Source: the human T2T-CHM13v2.0 reference genome, Homo sapiens
Assembly: GCF_009914755.1 (NCBI RefSeq)
Contig: NC_060940.1
Length of the DNA stretch: 64,000 nt
Reading direction: 5' to 3' (one strand)
Part shown: in pieces, positions 26,196-42,254 of the stretch
Numbering within the stretch: the stretch's first letter is position 1
Layout of the letters: the number at the start of each line of letters is the position of its first letter
Made by a program: the position numbers and the translations under genes
The notes under the pieces: generated by a model
What the model was told of the DNA's origin: nothing
Databases searched by the model: none
Seen by the model: the letters and a program-made list of their open reading frames with translations, nothing else

Positions 26196-27001
26196 ATTTG
26201 GAACTGATTTCATGGTTTTAAATTCCAGCTTTCTGATGCACAGTGTTTCTTATTAACTCTTCCCTGTTGTGCTTGCTCACCTAATTATCTCACCCTCTCT
26301 CCTGTGTTTTAGTTTCTAATAGGTTTCCTTTTCACAGCTCACTGGATAGCCAAGAGTTTTTGGCAATAGGAGTTGGGCTTATTCTGAAAGTGTACTGGAA
26401 CTGCAAGGGATTCAAGGGTTCTGAATTGCAACAACATCATTCCACAGATGATGAGACTGAGGCTTAAAGATGGAGAAAGCTCATTTTCATTGTCATTAGA
26501 TAACGTGTGGCTAAGGGAGGATACCACGTCTAATCAGGAGTTATCCACAGAATTATGTTATCAGCATACAATCTCCACTGACTTTTTCCTACTTGGTCTC
26601 TTTCTTCCTTATTGAACATGGCTATGAATGTAATATTTGCCAAGGACTTCTTCAGTATTAAGTTTTCAAAAGAAACAGCTTCTTCTAACTTATTTTGCAA
26701 AAATTTTTTAACTTTTACTTCTCAATAGGTAAAAGTTATTGGGACATTATGACTATAAACAAAAACAGAGGCCTAATTTTCCTATGTGTGACTTCAGTTG
26801 TTGCTTATTTTTACCTACCCAAATCTGACCCATTTACTAAATTCTTCTACCAGTGAGCTACCCTAGGCTATTCTAGAAAACCGTTTCTTCCTCCCATTAA
26901 TTCCTAATACAGAAGGAAGCCTTTACTGCTATGTTGACAATGGCAGGTTTTTTTTTTCCCTTCTGAGTGGCTTTTCAGTTTCTTCTATGATTCTCTCTTA
27001 A

Positions 27002-27304
<303 letters not shown>

Positions 27305-27404
27305 CCTCCCTTGACTTTTGTATCAGTAGTCAGTATATTTCTTTGAGCCAGAAGCCATGTGTTGTATGTAGTATTGATTGCCCAGTAACTCATGAGTGGA
27401 GTAA

Positions 27405-27650
27405 GCTTACATTTGTTGAGTTCTTACAATGTGCCATTTACTCTGCAAAAAGTTAACAGATGCCATTTTATTTAATCCTTATGAAAAAACCCTTGAGGTA
27501 GGGCTTATTACCCCCATTTCACATAAGAAGAAAACTAAAGTGCAGTGCAAACACCTAAAAGAACTTCTCCAAGAACTAAAATATAGTGAACAATAAAACA
27601 GACAAAATCAGATCATCTGGCCCCCAGCAGTGTTTGTTCCACTAAATGAT
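27405..27650 (-). mobile_element. MIR
   Basis: 'catttgttgagttcttacaatgtgcca..tttaatcctt..tgaggtagg..attacccccattt'. Confidence 0.65.
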
Positions 27651-27729
27651 ATCAGCTGTCCTTACAATTTGGCACACAGAACTTAATAGGTTCCGAATTA
27701 TAAGAATATGTAGATTTTTCTGAATTTAT

Positions 27730-27845
27730 GAAGATATATGTATATGATATTGTATTATCATAATTATTACAGCTATATTGTATTATTACAATTATTATAT
27801 TGTATGTATTATATACGTCAATGTATATGTGTGTGTATTTATAAT
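27730..27845. repeat. AT-rich low-complexity tract
   Basis: Degenerate TATTG/TATA repeats. Confidence 0.7.
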
Positions 27846-29353
27846 TGTTAACTTATAAGCATGATTCAATCTAAAGACTTTCTGAATGGTTAGGATTTTA
27901 AAAATACTAATTATGATTTTCAGTTTGAGCAGTTTAAATCTGTATTTTCTATCTAATTGATGTGTTGCAAGAGGAGACTGTACTCAGACAAGGATGTTAG
28001 CCAGTTCTCAGAAAATCATTTGCAGTCGCTTTATGCATCGTCTAAGAATAGTTTTCAATGTATGATTTAACACAGAGCTGGTAACACAGACTCAAAATCT
28101 AGGATAATTTAATAAGTAAAAGTTTGACCATTAAATAGGAAATAATTTTAATCATGAAAATGTATCTAATGAATTTGAGATACAACTCTTACGAGAGTAT
28201 TTTTCTTTCAGCCTATATTGTTGACAGATGATCTTTTATAAACAGGCAACAATCATAAAGCTTGCAGAAAAAGGTAACTCTCTTAAATAGAATTATTTTT
28301 AAATTTCATCATTGTCTACCCATTCAATGCTTATATTCAAGCATATTCAAGCATGTCCACCAGTTTAATATTAAAAGCTGTAATATTTTATAGGCAACTA
28401 AATATTTCTGCAAATATGTTTGGCACTTGAAAGTTGGAATTTAATGGATAGAGTTGGTGGCCTTGTTCTACGAAAAGCGAAGTCACGTAAACACTCACAG
28501 TGAAGACTGGGAAGAGTCATATGCAATGCAGAGCTCAAATACTTTAGAGCAATGGACAAAATGAACAAAATCAGAGACAAATTTACCAGTGCAATCCAGG
28601 GACAGTGACTTCCCTAGAACAAACTTTTAAAAATTAGTTCAAGTGACCATGAATAGTCTCATTTTATAGTTAATATAGTGTTTATGAACATTAAGGGTAT
28701 TGGTTATGTAGATGAGTATAATAAGCACTACCAGTTTTTAGTAGACAGTATTTGGGAGAATGGGCTGAGAAAGTGTTCCAAATTACCTATTTCTGTATAT
28801 TTAATAATAGCGATATCACAGTTTTTCTAGTATTTAATAATAGTAACAATATGAAATTTATTGTAGTTTTTTTCTGAATTACATTAATAATAATGGCTTA
28901 TGTGTATATATAATCAGTTAATATTTAATGACAATGATTTGATAATAATGTTGGATATAGTAATACTTCATTAAAGAAACTTTTATTCTCCTTAATATAT
29001 TGTCAATATTGTAATAATTTATTTATTAATATTCCAGGTAATATGCAGAGACCAGTTTTAAGACAATATGATTGAATTGTAATGGCCTTTGGATGATGGG
29101 CTTTTTGTCTAAACCAAGGCCTGGAAAAAAATGGGAGCTTAAAGGTGGGGTATCAAGATAACAAATATTCAAGAAGATGGAGAGAAGTAGGGTTAAGGAG
29201 AGAGTGTTTTAATGCTCGTTGATTTGAATTGCATTTCTGTTTCACTACTTTGCAGTCATAAAAACTAGATTCAAATAGAAATGCCATCATGTTATTTTAC
29301 ATAGCTAATTAACCTCATGTAGTTGGATATAGTCCATTCAAAAAATTCTCATT

Positions 29354-29682
29354 GGCCGGGCACGGTGGCTCACGCCTGTAATCCCAGAACTTTGGGAGGC
29401 TGAGGCGGGTGGATCACCTGAGGTTAGGAGTTTGAGTCCAGCCTGGCCAAAATGGTGAAACCCCGTCTCTACTAAAAATACAAAAATTAGCCGGGTGTGA
29501 TGGTGAGTGCCTGTAATCCCAGCTACTCGGGAGGCTGAGGCAGAAGAATTGCTGGAATCTGGGAGGCGAAGTTTGCAAGTGAGCCGAGATTACGCCATTG
29601 CACTCCAGCCTGGGTGGACAACAGCGAGGCTCCGTCTCAAAACAAACAAACCAACAAACAAAAAACAAAACAGAACAAAAAA
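29354..29682 (+). mobile_element. AluS (Sp/Sq-like)
   Basis: Full dimer, 'cgccattgcactcc', (CAAA)n tail. Confidence 0.92.
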
Positions 29683-29734
29683 ATTCAATATTTCTTGTTC
29701 TACTGTACTGATCTCTGCACCTGTTTCAGAAGAA

Positions 29735-29862
29735 ATATTTAGTCAACAGTCACCATTTAACACACATTTGTTAAGTATTAAGCAATGTCTGTGCTAAAAA
29801 CTGGGAATACAGTGGTCAAAAATTTAGACAGACATCCTGCCCTCACTGTGATCACAGCCTTG
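29735..29862 (-). mobile_element. L2 3' fragment
   Basis: 'catttaacacacatttgttaagta..ctgtgcta..ctgggaatacagtggt..cagacatcctgccctc'. Confidence 0.6.
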
Positions 29863-30109
29863 TGTACATCTCTCTCTTCCCTCTCCTTTTTCTGTTCTCT
29901 TTTAATGTGTTAAGAACTAAGATATGGTACATATCTTTCAAGAAGAAATTGTGTCTAGTGTAAACTTTCCTAGCCACTACCACAGTGCCTTCATCTCAGT
30001 ATGCAACATTCACAGAGAGGAAATTCACTGAAAGCCACAGTGCTCTTATGGTATGCCATAGCTGTGTACTTTTGCTTATTTCCAATTCTGGTTTCTTGAC
30101 TCTACAGAA

Positions 30110-30400
30110 TTTCTTCCTTGTTGCCTTCCTTCCCTCCACCACCTCCTCCTTTCACTCCCTCTTTTTCCTTCCTTCCTTCCTTCCCTCCCTCTCTCCCTTT
30201 CTTTCCTTCTTTCCTTTTCTCTCTCTCCTTCCTTCCTTTTTTCCTTCTCCATCTTCATCTTTTATTCCTCTTCGTTTTTCTCCTCCTCCTCTTCTTCCCC
30301 CTCCTTCCCTTCTCTCTCCACTCTTCTCCTCTTCCTCTTTTCTCTCTCTCTTCTCTCCTCTTTCGCCCCTCTCCTCTCTCCCCTTTTTCTATTCTCTTTC
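30110..30400. repeat. Polypyrimidine/polypurine low-complexity tract
   Basis: About 290 bp of almost pure C/T. Confidence 0.95.
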
Positions 30401-31882
30401 AATCCAGAGACTTACGGATAAAACATGAAGTTGAGCTCTAGAAACTCAGTATTATCAATGCTGATATGAAACCACTGTAAGTAAGTGCTTCAACTGACTT
30501 GTGAGGCATGAACAGCACAGTTGAGTATGATTAGGAAAGGTAGGAAGATCACATAAGAGGAAGGACTGTATTTTTTTTATCACATCAATATTCAATGGGC
30601 ATCACTTCTATTCTTAAGCTCTCCATCCTCAAGGAAATACAACTGCCTACTTGAAAGGTAATGGCATGAATAAATAGAGATAATTTAAGTTTTTGGTCTG
30701 AAACAACCAAGTTGGTTTGTAGCAATTTCTGAACTCAATTTTTGGACTCTGCATTATTATGTATAATGGGTTAAACACCGTCATGAAGATATACTGTTTT
30801 GCTGTACATGTTAACAGAATTGACTATATGCTTCCATTATCAGAGTAAGCCTAATTTACAACATCATTTTAAATAAAAGTGAAAAAGACAGATTTCTAGA
30901 CTGGTTTCCTGATAGTTATCTTACTTTAAAAATAATTCCCAGCAATATATATTTGCTCTGTGCAAGGCTAAGACATCATTGAAATAATACTTGTGTGAGC
31001 CATTTCTATAGTAAAGCATTACCTACTTTTCTCAATTAATTGATTAAAATCACAGCAGCTACCAGGAATCCCCTGAATACCATCCAAGTCCCTGTATTTT
31101 TTTTTTCCAGAAGATGTTTTAGTTTTTTAAACAATTGTTTTGAAGAAAAGTTGAAGATTAATCTTAATGGTATTTTACGACCATAAAGTTATTTCTAAAT
31201 TATTGTTATTGTATCATGCCCATGGACACTTTAGGAAGACATAAATCAGCTTGTCTTATTTTTTGGATCAGTGATTCTGTTGCCAGAAACTCATGTGATG
31301 ACAGGATTTTTATACAATGATGCATTTATACACACAACAAGGATGGAAAATTGTATAATTATATAAAAAGCAACACATATTGAATTTATATAAATCATAC
31401 TAAATGATGGGTTTCAATGCTTGAAAATCTATCGGGTGAGAAATATCACATATGTAAGTTCTACGTATAGTATGCTTTGTAACTACTCAAACCACTACAT
31501 TTCCAATAAATAGGTTTTAAGTGGATTCTTAGGCCTAGGTTGACTTAAGAATCACAACACTCTCTTCATTAGATAACACTAAAGATCAGGACACTGAGAT
31601 CCAATTTAGATCACGGTTGATTGCTTCAAGCTCATCAGCTGGTAAATATTTTAAAAGTTATTTTATTCAATGAAATGTAACTAATATAAATGTAAATAAA
31701 AAGAAGGCCTGTTCCTCTTGAAGCAGCAATGGATTGCTGAGTCCTGTGCCATGGATTTCCTTTGTCTCCTATATTGGACTTTAATAGAGGTTAGCTAAAC
31801 ATCAGGGCTCCAAGCAATCCAACTGAAGGGCCCACACTCTAGATTATGGTATAGCCACAGGTATCTTAAACGAAATTTATAG

Positions 31883-32115
31883 CTCTGCTTTTCACTATGG
31901 TGGTCATTAGTCACGTGGCTATTTAAATTTAAATTAGTCGATTTTTCTTTTTAAAAAACATAATTTTTGTTGCACTGGTTACATGTTAAATGCTCATAGT
32001 TACATGACATGTTAAATGCTCATAGTTACATGACATGTTAAATGCTCATAGTTACATGTGGCATGTGGTTACCATATTGGAGAGCAGAAATAAAGCACAG
32101 TTCAATCATACGTAC
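31883..32115. mobile_element. MER3 (hAT MITE) with internal triplication
   Basis: 'tagtcacgtggctatttaaatttaaatta..gcact..aaatgctcatag..catgtggc..gtggttaccatattgga'. Confidence 0.75.
31981..32058. repeat. Perfect 3 x 26-bp tandem repeat ACATGTTAAATGCTCATAGTTACATG
   Basis: Three identical copies. Confidence 0.95.
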
Positions 32116-32155
32116 TTCTTCAGACAGATCTGCGAGCTTTATGATGGCAAGAAAC

Positions 32156-32648
<493 letters not shown>

Positions 32649-33959
32649 TAGATTTATTGGGAAAACTATATATATAGAGTTACTTAGCCCCAGGGAACAA
32701 GCGAGGAAAGATATCCAAAGTTTGAACTGTGTGCTTTCCTTTCTTAAGAGATGACAAATTAATTGGGGGAGAGGGGGAGTTGACAACGTGTATGTTTATA
32801 TGGAAGCCTGCTTGAGTTACTCTGAAGAAAGCCTTCAGTCCCCAACTAGAGTATTACATGTAAATTCACGACTATTAATGGGAGATTGTAAGATGCCTAT
32901 TTCCCTGACGCTCTGAATATGTTAATGTAACAATTAGTTTAGCATTTTCCCTTCCTATGCACATTCAGTTCAACCATGTTAGCTCCATGTGCCTTTGGCT
33001 CCCAGGTTTCTCTGGCTTTTTATCTTCCTATTCTCTCTTTATAATATCTACTTTTACCTTTTTCATGTCACCTCCCGCTGTGTCTAGACCTCCGTTCTGA
33101 ACTCCAGATTCCTGCGGCCAGCAAGACAGCATCTTGTCAGATCTTTAGCGCCTTGAGGGCAGGGCAAAGGACTAGTTACGCATTATTTGAAGATGTGTTT
33201 TTGATGATCATCACATTGACTAAGTTCATGATGTGCTCACGAAATATTGTTTGAATTAACTGGAATGCGTTGTGTTTTTGTCTTCTTTGATCCTTCTCCC
33301 ATCGAACTTAAAGTTTATAGTAAAACTAGGAAAGGAGTTCAATAATGGGCCAGAAAATGAAAGACACACTAACCAACAAAACCATGAACACTGCTTATTT
33401 AAAATCACTGTTTCAGTTGAGCTCAGTACTTTCTGGTAAGAAAAAAAAAATTAAAAAGTCAGCACCAGGCATCACGTCTGAGGCAGGAGAGGAAAATAAA
33501 CACAAGATACAAGTATCCACCAAGGAATCTAGAAAAACCTGCAGAAGGAATGGCATGGGAGAAAATGTGTATCTGGTTTACAATGCACTCTGTGGTTCAA
33601 CAATGAGTACCCACTAGTAATCTTATTTTGTGTGGTATCTGGAGTACTGCATGGAAAAGAAATTGCAACTAGACATATATACAAACATTTTTAACATGAG
33701 TAGAAACAACTACTAAAGCTCTAGCAAACAAAGAAGAGTACGTGCCCATCCAGTGTTCTGTGTGATCACAAAATTTTCATTTGACCATAATAATTTACAT
33801 TTTGCAACCTCTCATTTTAATGTGTTCTCATTAAATTAGCAGCTATGTGTTCTTGAAATATATGAAATCTCTTGTGACAGAAATGTCTTTATTTCATATT
33901 AAAAAAAAAGTGGAAGAGAATTCCAAATACTTTGACATTACTAATAAGAAAAACAAGAT

Positions 33960-34258
33960 ATTTTTAAATTTTTAATTTCTTTAGAGATCAGCTTGCTCCA
34001 TGCTCAGGCTGGAGTGTAGCTGTACAATCACAGATCACTGTACCCTCAACATCCCGGGCTCAAATGATCCTTCTGCCTCAGCCTCTTGAGTAGCTGGGAC
34101 TACAGGTACGTACCACCACTCCTGGCTAATATTTTATTTTTAGTAGAGACAGGGTCTCTTTATGTTGTCCAGGCTAGTCTCAAGCTCCTGAACTCAAGCA
34201 ATCCTGCCTCAACCTCCCAAAGTGCTGGGATTACAGGCGTGAGCCACTACACTAGGCC
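33960..34258 (-). mobile_element. AluJ
   Basis: Diverged dimer with J-type 'gggctcaaatgatcc', 'gagacagggtctc'. Confidence 0.88.
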
Positions 34259-35694
34259 AAGAATTAGATTTTACGACATTGAGATAAATTATGTAGAGTT
34301 TAAAGCTCCAGTATAAGATAATTAGTATCCCCCAGTTTGATTTCTATATATCTCCAATAAATCGTATCAAAATAAAAAGAATTTAGGTCTTTGTTATATT
34401 AATTGGACCTATGTAAATGTTGTTTTTTTTTTTTGTCAATTCCCAGTATTATAAGTTGAAAAGCAACAAATCTATTTCAAAACTCAAGACACTTTAGTGC
34501 TTAGCCAAAGTAAAATCAAAACGGCTTTTAACGGATTAGTAAGGTCCACAGGCACAGATCTCGGAGCCTGCTTTATTTTATTTGCCTTGATTTCAATATT
34601 ATTTATGAATGTACTTTCAGTCTCATCAATAGGATTCTTCTTTAGTGTTCTCTTTTGCAGTGGTTCTCCATTTTACAGATGATGAAAATGAAGGGCAGAA
34701 GTATCATTCAATTAAAAAGAAGTAGCTATTAAATAATAAAGTTGGAATTTGACAGGACCCAGATCCTACAGTTGGTCTCTGTTAGGGAATAGAAAAGGGA
34801 TACACATTATTATCACAGGGAGGTAGGTGGGATCCCTTTAACATACTGTTCAAGAACAGTAATTTGGGCAAGGTTCTGGAATGGCAGCCTGAAAAGCTAC
34901 ACACCCCAGTGCAACAGGTGAGAACTATTTTTGAAAGTGGCCCTAAGGGTGAACGGCAAATGAAGAAATATCTGTTCAGGAACTTATATGAAAATAGGCA
35001 AAAAAATGCAGGAGTCTCTAATATTTGAATTAAGACTACACTGAGTTCTTGTTCCCCATAGTAATCAGAACAAGATATTTTTTCCTGGGTTAAGCAGGAC
35101 GTCCGTGTTTCTTACTCTATCCCCGTTACATGTTGCAGAAGCTAAGTCCCAGGGGAACATAGTTGAGCGGTGGGGACTGCCTTCTTCTTCCCAGACACAA
35201 CTTGAGAAAAAAAAGTTTCTATATTAGATGGAATGTGTTGAGAACACTGGGCTTTACTTACTCTTTACCCAGCTCATGAAGTAGTGATCCCATGCCACAA
35301 GAGACAATCTGAGGAAGGCTCAGGCTTCCACTTTCTCCCTGTGGAGTACTCAGCTATAGGTTAAGAACTTGACTTAAAGAGAAGCTTGTTATTCTTCCCA
35401 CTCTGAACTCCAGAGATCTTTCCTGAAGAATGAGTCTATAGAAAGGTTAGCTTCTAATCTGTTCCCAAAGGACCTGATTTAATTTGCAACAGAGAGTGAA
35501 GAATTTCAAGCCTAAAGGTGCTCTAAAAAACAGTGGAGGTTGTGGTGAAAGGCAATTGGGACCAGATTCAAGATACAAGCCAAACTGTAGGTCTGATAGC
35601 TTGCAGAGAAAAATCAGGTAACAAGACAGCTCAGATGAGACTTCATTGGGTTAGAACAAAAATCAAACACTGCTCTTAGAAATTATTCCTTCAG

Positions 35695-36131
35695 GGCTAG
35701 GTACCAAGGCTCATTCCTGTAATCCTAGCACTTTGGGAGGCCAAGGCAGGAGGATCTTTTGAGGCTGGGGGTTCAGGACCAGCCTGGGCAACATAGTGAG
35801 ATCCTTTTTCTGCAGAAAATTCAAAAATTAACTCCGTGTTGTACACATGCCTGTAGTCCCAGAATTTGGGGAGACCAATGTAGGAAGATCACTTGAGACT
35901 GGGAGTTTGAGACAAGCCTGGACAACAAAACTAGACCCTCATCTCTACAAAAAATAAAATAACAATATCTGGGCATGGTGGTGCAAGCCTGTAGTCCCAG
36001 CTACTCAGGGAGGCTGAGGTGGGAGGATCACTTTATCCACAGAATTTGAGGGTACCACGAGCTAAGTTTAAACCACTGTACTCCAGCCTGGTTGATGGAG
36101 TGAAATTGTGTCTCAAAATAAAAAATAAAAA
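35695..36131 (+). mobile_element. Trimeric old Alu (left arm + left arm + right arm; FLAM/AluJ)
   Basis: Three consecutive monomers; degenerate TSD agaaatt..cttca around the whole unit. Confidence 0.85.
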
Positions 36132-36600
36132 AGAAATTTCTTCAAAAGTGCCAGATTTGGACTGGATTTGTTTGTAGAGCAATGTATGCCACAGGGCATT
36201 GTTGACAACAATAGAGCAATTAGCCCACAATTAATAGAGTAAAACAGCTCAGTGGAGTCAGCGAAAGAGAAGAGAGCCCTTCCAAACCCACTGTCTTCCT
36301 AGGGTGATGTGGGCATACACAAAGCTGGGCCTTTCGGAGGAGTGTAAAAAGCTGAATACTGTGGGTGAGCGGGGGTGGGGGGAATAGATTTTAACAAAAC
36401 AAACCATTCAGTCACTAAACAAGTAAATAAACAGAAACAATAACAAACCATCGGAGAGAGACAATATCCAGAACTGTTACAATGTATTATTTAAAACATC
36501 CAGTTTCTAACAACAACAGCAAAAATGTGACGCATCTAACTAAATATAAAAGTACTACCCATACACCAGCACAAAACAAAACAAAACAAAACAAAACAGG

Positions 36601-37064
36601 TGTAAATGGAAAATATCTTGGGCCCCCAAAATCACTAAAGGAAAAAGTCAAGCTGGGAACTGCTTAGAGCAAACCTGCCTCCCATTCAATTCAAAGCCAC
36701 CCCTCTGCCCACTGAGATAAATGCATATCTGATTGGCTCCTTTGGAGAGGCTAATCAGAAACTCAAAAGAGTGCAACCTTCTGTCTCTTATCTACCTATG
36801 ACCTGGAAGGCCCCTCCCTGCTTTGAGTTGTCCTGCCTTTCCAGACAGAACCAATGTTCATGTTACATATGTTGATTGATGTCTCATATCTCCTTAAAAT
36901 GTATAAAACCAAACTGGCTCTGACCACCTTGCGCTCATGTAGCCAGGACCTCCTGAGGCTGCATCAGGACATCCTGAGGCTGTGGCCCGGGCACATGTCC
37001 TTAACCTTGGCAAAATAAACTTTCTAAATAAACTGAGACCTGGATCAAATTTTCAGTGTTCACA
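36601..37064 (+). mobile_element. MER4A1-like ERV1 solo LTR
   Basis: 'gaaaaagtcaagctgggaactgctta..ctgagataaatgcatatctgattg', ends gttcaca; 4-bp TSD cagg. Confidence 0.9.
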
Positions 37065-37510
37065 CAGGCAACAAAAATTGCCTGTGAGAGAAACTATATC
37101 AGAATTAACAGAAAAGGACTCCACATGAGCCATTATATAGATATATATTCATGACTGTTCAGAAAACTAAAGCTAAAGAAGGGAAGGTATGATGACACTG
37201 TTGTATAAACTAGAAAACATCAATTAAAAGATAAAAATATTTTTAAAAATTATGAAAATTGAAATAGAATTCAATTTGAAAATTGAAATAGGGTTCAAAT
37301 TGAAGGAGAGTTGAAAATTAAATAACTGAAATGGAAAGTTCTCTCGGAGGACACAACAGTAGATTTGAACTGGCAGAAGAAAGAATAAGCAAACCAGAAG
37401 ATCAATCAACAGAGATGATGTGAGTTGAAGAACAAAGAGAAAAATGAATGAAAAGCAAAAATAGAGACAGCCTCACAGATATATGAGACATCATTAATTA
37501 CATCAACTTA

Positions 37511-37964
<454 letters not shown>

Positions 37965-38354
37965 TTAAAAGATTTATGAGCAGACATAGCATAGTTAAAG
38001 TTCTGGAAGTTAATAACAAGCAGAAAATTTTGAAAGCAGTAAGAAAAACATGACTAGTTATTTACAGTAGAACACCAATAAAATTTACAGCTACTTCTCA
38101 GCAGAAACACAGGACACCACACTAGGCAGTGAATAATATTCTCAAAGTGGCCAAGGAAAAACAGAAGAAAAAAAAAGTCCTGCTAAACAGGAATTGTATT
38201 TCTAACAAAGCTATCTTTCCAAAATAAGGGCAACATGAAGTATTTTCAAGATAAACAAAAAGAAAAAGAATATGTTGCTGGGATACTCACCTCATAACAA
38301 GTACTAAAGCAAATTCTTTAGGCTAAAAGCAAGTAATCTCAGATAGTAATTCTA

Positions 38355-38356
<2 letters not shown>

Positions 38357-38394
<38 letters not shown>
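38357..38394. repeat. (AC)19 microsatellite
   Basis: Directly visible. Confidence 0.95.
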
Positions 38395-38396
<2 letters not shown>

Positions 38397-38485
38397 AATA
38401 AAGGCAATTACATAATTATTAAACAAAAAAAACTATCAAAAAAGCCTATTTTTCTTCTTTCTTTTCTTAAATGCCTTAAAAGCCA

Positions 38486-38487
<2 letters not shown>

Positions 38488-38524
<37 letters not shown>
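38488..38524. repeat. (TG)18 microsatellite
   Basis: Directly visible. Confidence 0.95.
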
Positions 38525-38527
<3 letters not shown>

Positions 38528-39199
38528 GAATTTTTGGGCTTATATTACAGAGAAATGCAATATGGGTACAATGTATTTGCCAATAGAGTCAAATGAGATG
38601 AGAGAGAACAGAGCTGTATTTTCCTGAAAATGACTATATATGGTAAAGCGATACTTTTAACAATGTATTTTTGGGCAAGAAACAATAAACAGATATAATA
38701 GATAAGACAGTAGTATGACAACATGGGGGAAAGGAAATAGAGCTATTAATGAGTAACATTTCTAAAAATCACTGGAATTGAGCTAATATAAATTAGAAGC
38801 TGATTTGAATAAGTTAAGGAACACATGATATACCTTATAATAACCACTTAAAAACTCAAAAATATGGTAAAAATTAGTAAAGAATTTTGCATGCTACATT
38901 AGAAAATATTTAATTAGTGCAAAAAATAAAAGAAGAATAGAAAAGAAAAACAACATGAAGCATATAGAAAACCAGAAGTCAAATTACAGGTACAACTCCA
39001 ACTGTATCAATAATAACATTAAATGTGAATAAATTACATGACTCAATTGAAAGACAGAAATTGTCAGGCTGATTTTAAAAAAGCAGTATTCAACTTTACA
39101 TTGCCCATAGCACATACACTTTAGATTCAATAGTATAAAGAGATGAAGAGTAAGAGAACGGAAAAAAATATTTATGTAAAGAAAACAGGACCAGAAGTA

Positions 39200-39500
39200 G
39201 GCTGGGCACGGTGGCTCACGCTTGTAATCCCAGAACTTTGGGAGGCCAAGGCGGGCAGATCACCTGAAGTCAGGAGTTCAAGACCAGCCTGGTCAACATG
39301 GTGAAACTCCGTCTCTACTAAAAATACAAAAATTATACAGGTGGTGATGGCAAGTGCCTGTAATCCCTGCTACTTGGAAGGCTGAGGCAAGAGAATCACT
39401 TAAACCCAGGAGGCGGAGGTTGCAGTGAGCGAGATCACGCCACTGTACTCCAGCCTGGGTGACAGAGTGAAACTCTGTCCCAAAAATTAAAAAAAAAAAA
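39200..39500 (+). mobile_element. AluSx-like
   Basis: Full dimer; TSD core aagaaaacaggac. Confidence 0.93.
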
Positions 39501-40104
39501 AAGAAAACAGGACTACAAGAAAGCAAGAGTAGCTATACTGATACCTGACTTAGGCTTTAAAAAACCAAAAATTCAGTATAGATAGATAGGGAAATTTTAT
39601 TATGATAAAGGGGTCACTCTATGATAAAGACAAAACAATTATAAACATATGAGCTTAAAAACAGAGCACTGAAATAAATTGAAAACAAACATAAATGAAT
39701 GAAGAAATAGACAATTCAACAATGATAGTTGGAGAATTCAATTCTCACTTTAAATAATTGATAGCACAACTAGAAAGAAAATCAGTAAGTAAACAAAAGA
39801 CTTATACAACACTATTAGAGAACTAGATCTCACAGACACGTATAAAACACTATCCCCAAATAACAAACAGAGTATTTATTTTTCTCAAGTGTACATTGAA
39901 ACATCTTTAGGACAGACGATATAATAAGCCATACAAGAATTCCACATTTAAAATAACTGAAATCATGCAAAGTATTTCTCTGACCACAATGGGATGAATT
40001 AAAAATCAAAAGCCTAAAAAAAAACTGGGTAACGTGCAAATAAATTAAAGCATTAATAAATACCCACTGAGAAAAAAAATAAATTTTAAACAATCAGAAG
40101 ATAC

Positions 40105-40447
<343 letters not shown>

Positions 40448-41216
40448 TCAAAATAAAGACAAAAAATAGCAAAACTTGTGGAATGCAGTAAATGCAGTGT
40501 TTAGAGGGAATTTTATAGCTATAAATATCTGTATTAATAAGAAATAAATCAATAACTTATTGACAGCAAACTAAATTCCCGGCAAGAAAATAAAAGAAAT
40601 AATCAATATTAGTGGAGAAATCAATAAAATAGAGAGCAGAAAACAATACAATCAATAAAACCAGCTGTTTTTAAAGATCAATAAAAGTGAAAAATCTTTA
40701 ACAAGACTGATTGAAAAAAAGACTCACTTTACTAGAATTGGAAATGAGAGACCTTATTACTAGATACTAAAAAAATAAAAATAGATAATGAAAGAATACT
40801 ATACACAGCCGTATGGAAACATGTTTGATAACTTAAATGAAATGGACAAAATATCTAGAAAGACACAAACTATTGAAAGTAATGTAAGGAGAAACAGAAA
40901 CTAAATTAAGGAGAAATATGAATAAACATATAGGAAGTAAAGAAATTGAAGCACTAATAAAAAAAACTACCCACAGTATCTATTACAAAATAAAATTAAA
41001 AAACAAAAACAAAAACAAAAAACAAATGAACAACCGATTAACAAAGAAATGAATGCCAGGGTTAGATGGCTTCACTACTGAATTCTTCCAAACATTTAAA
41101 GAAGAATCAAATCCAATTCCTCACAAACTCTTCCAAAAGATAGAGGAGGAGGGAACACTTCCCAATTCATTTATGAAGCCATTATTAGCCTGATACCAAA
41201 AGCAGACAAAGTCATC

Positions 41217-42254
<1,038 letters not shown>

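Noticed and set aside
29985-30441. Ser/Pro/Leu/Phe-rich ORFs
   Set aside because: Artefact of a stop-free polypyrimidine tract.
31981-32058. CRISPR-like array or p53 response element
   Set aside because: No spacers and eukaryotic context. CATG cores are spaced 5 and 21 bp rather than 10, with poor flanks.
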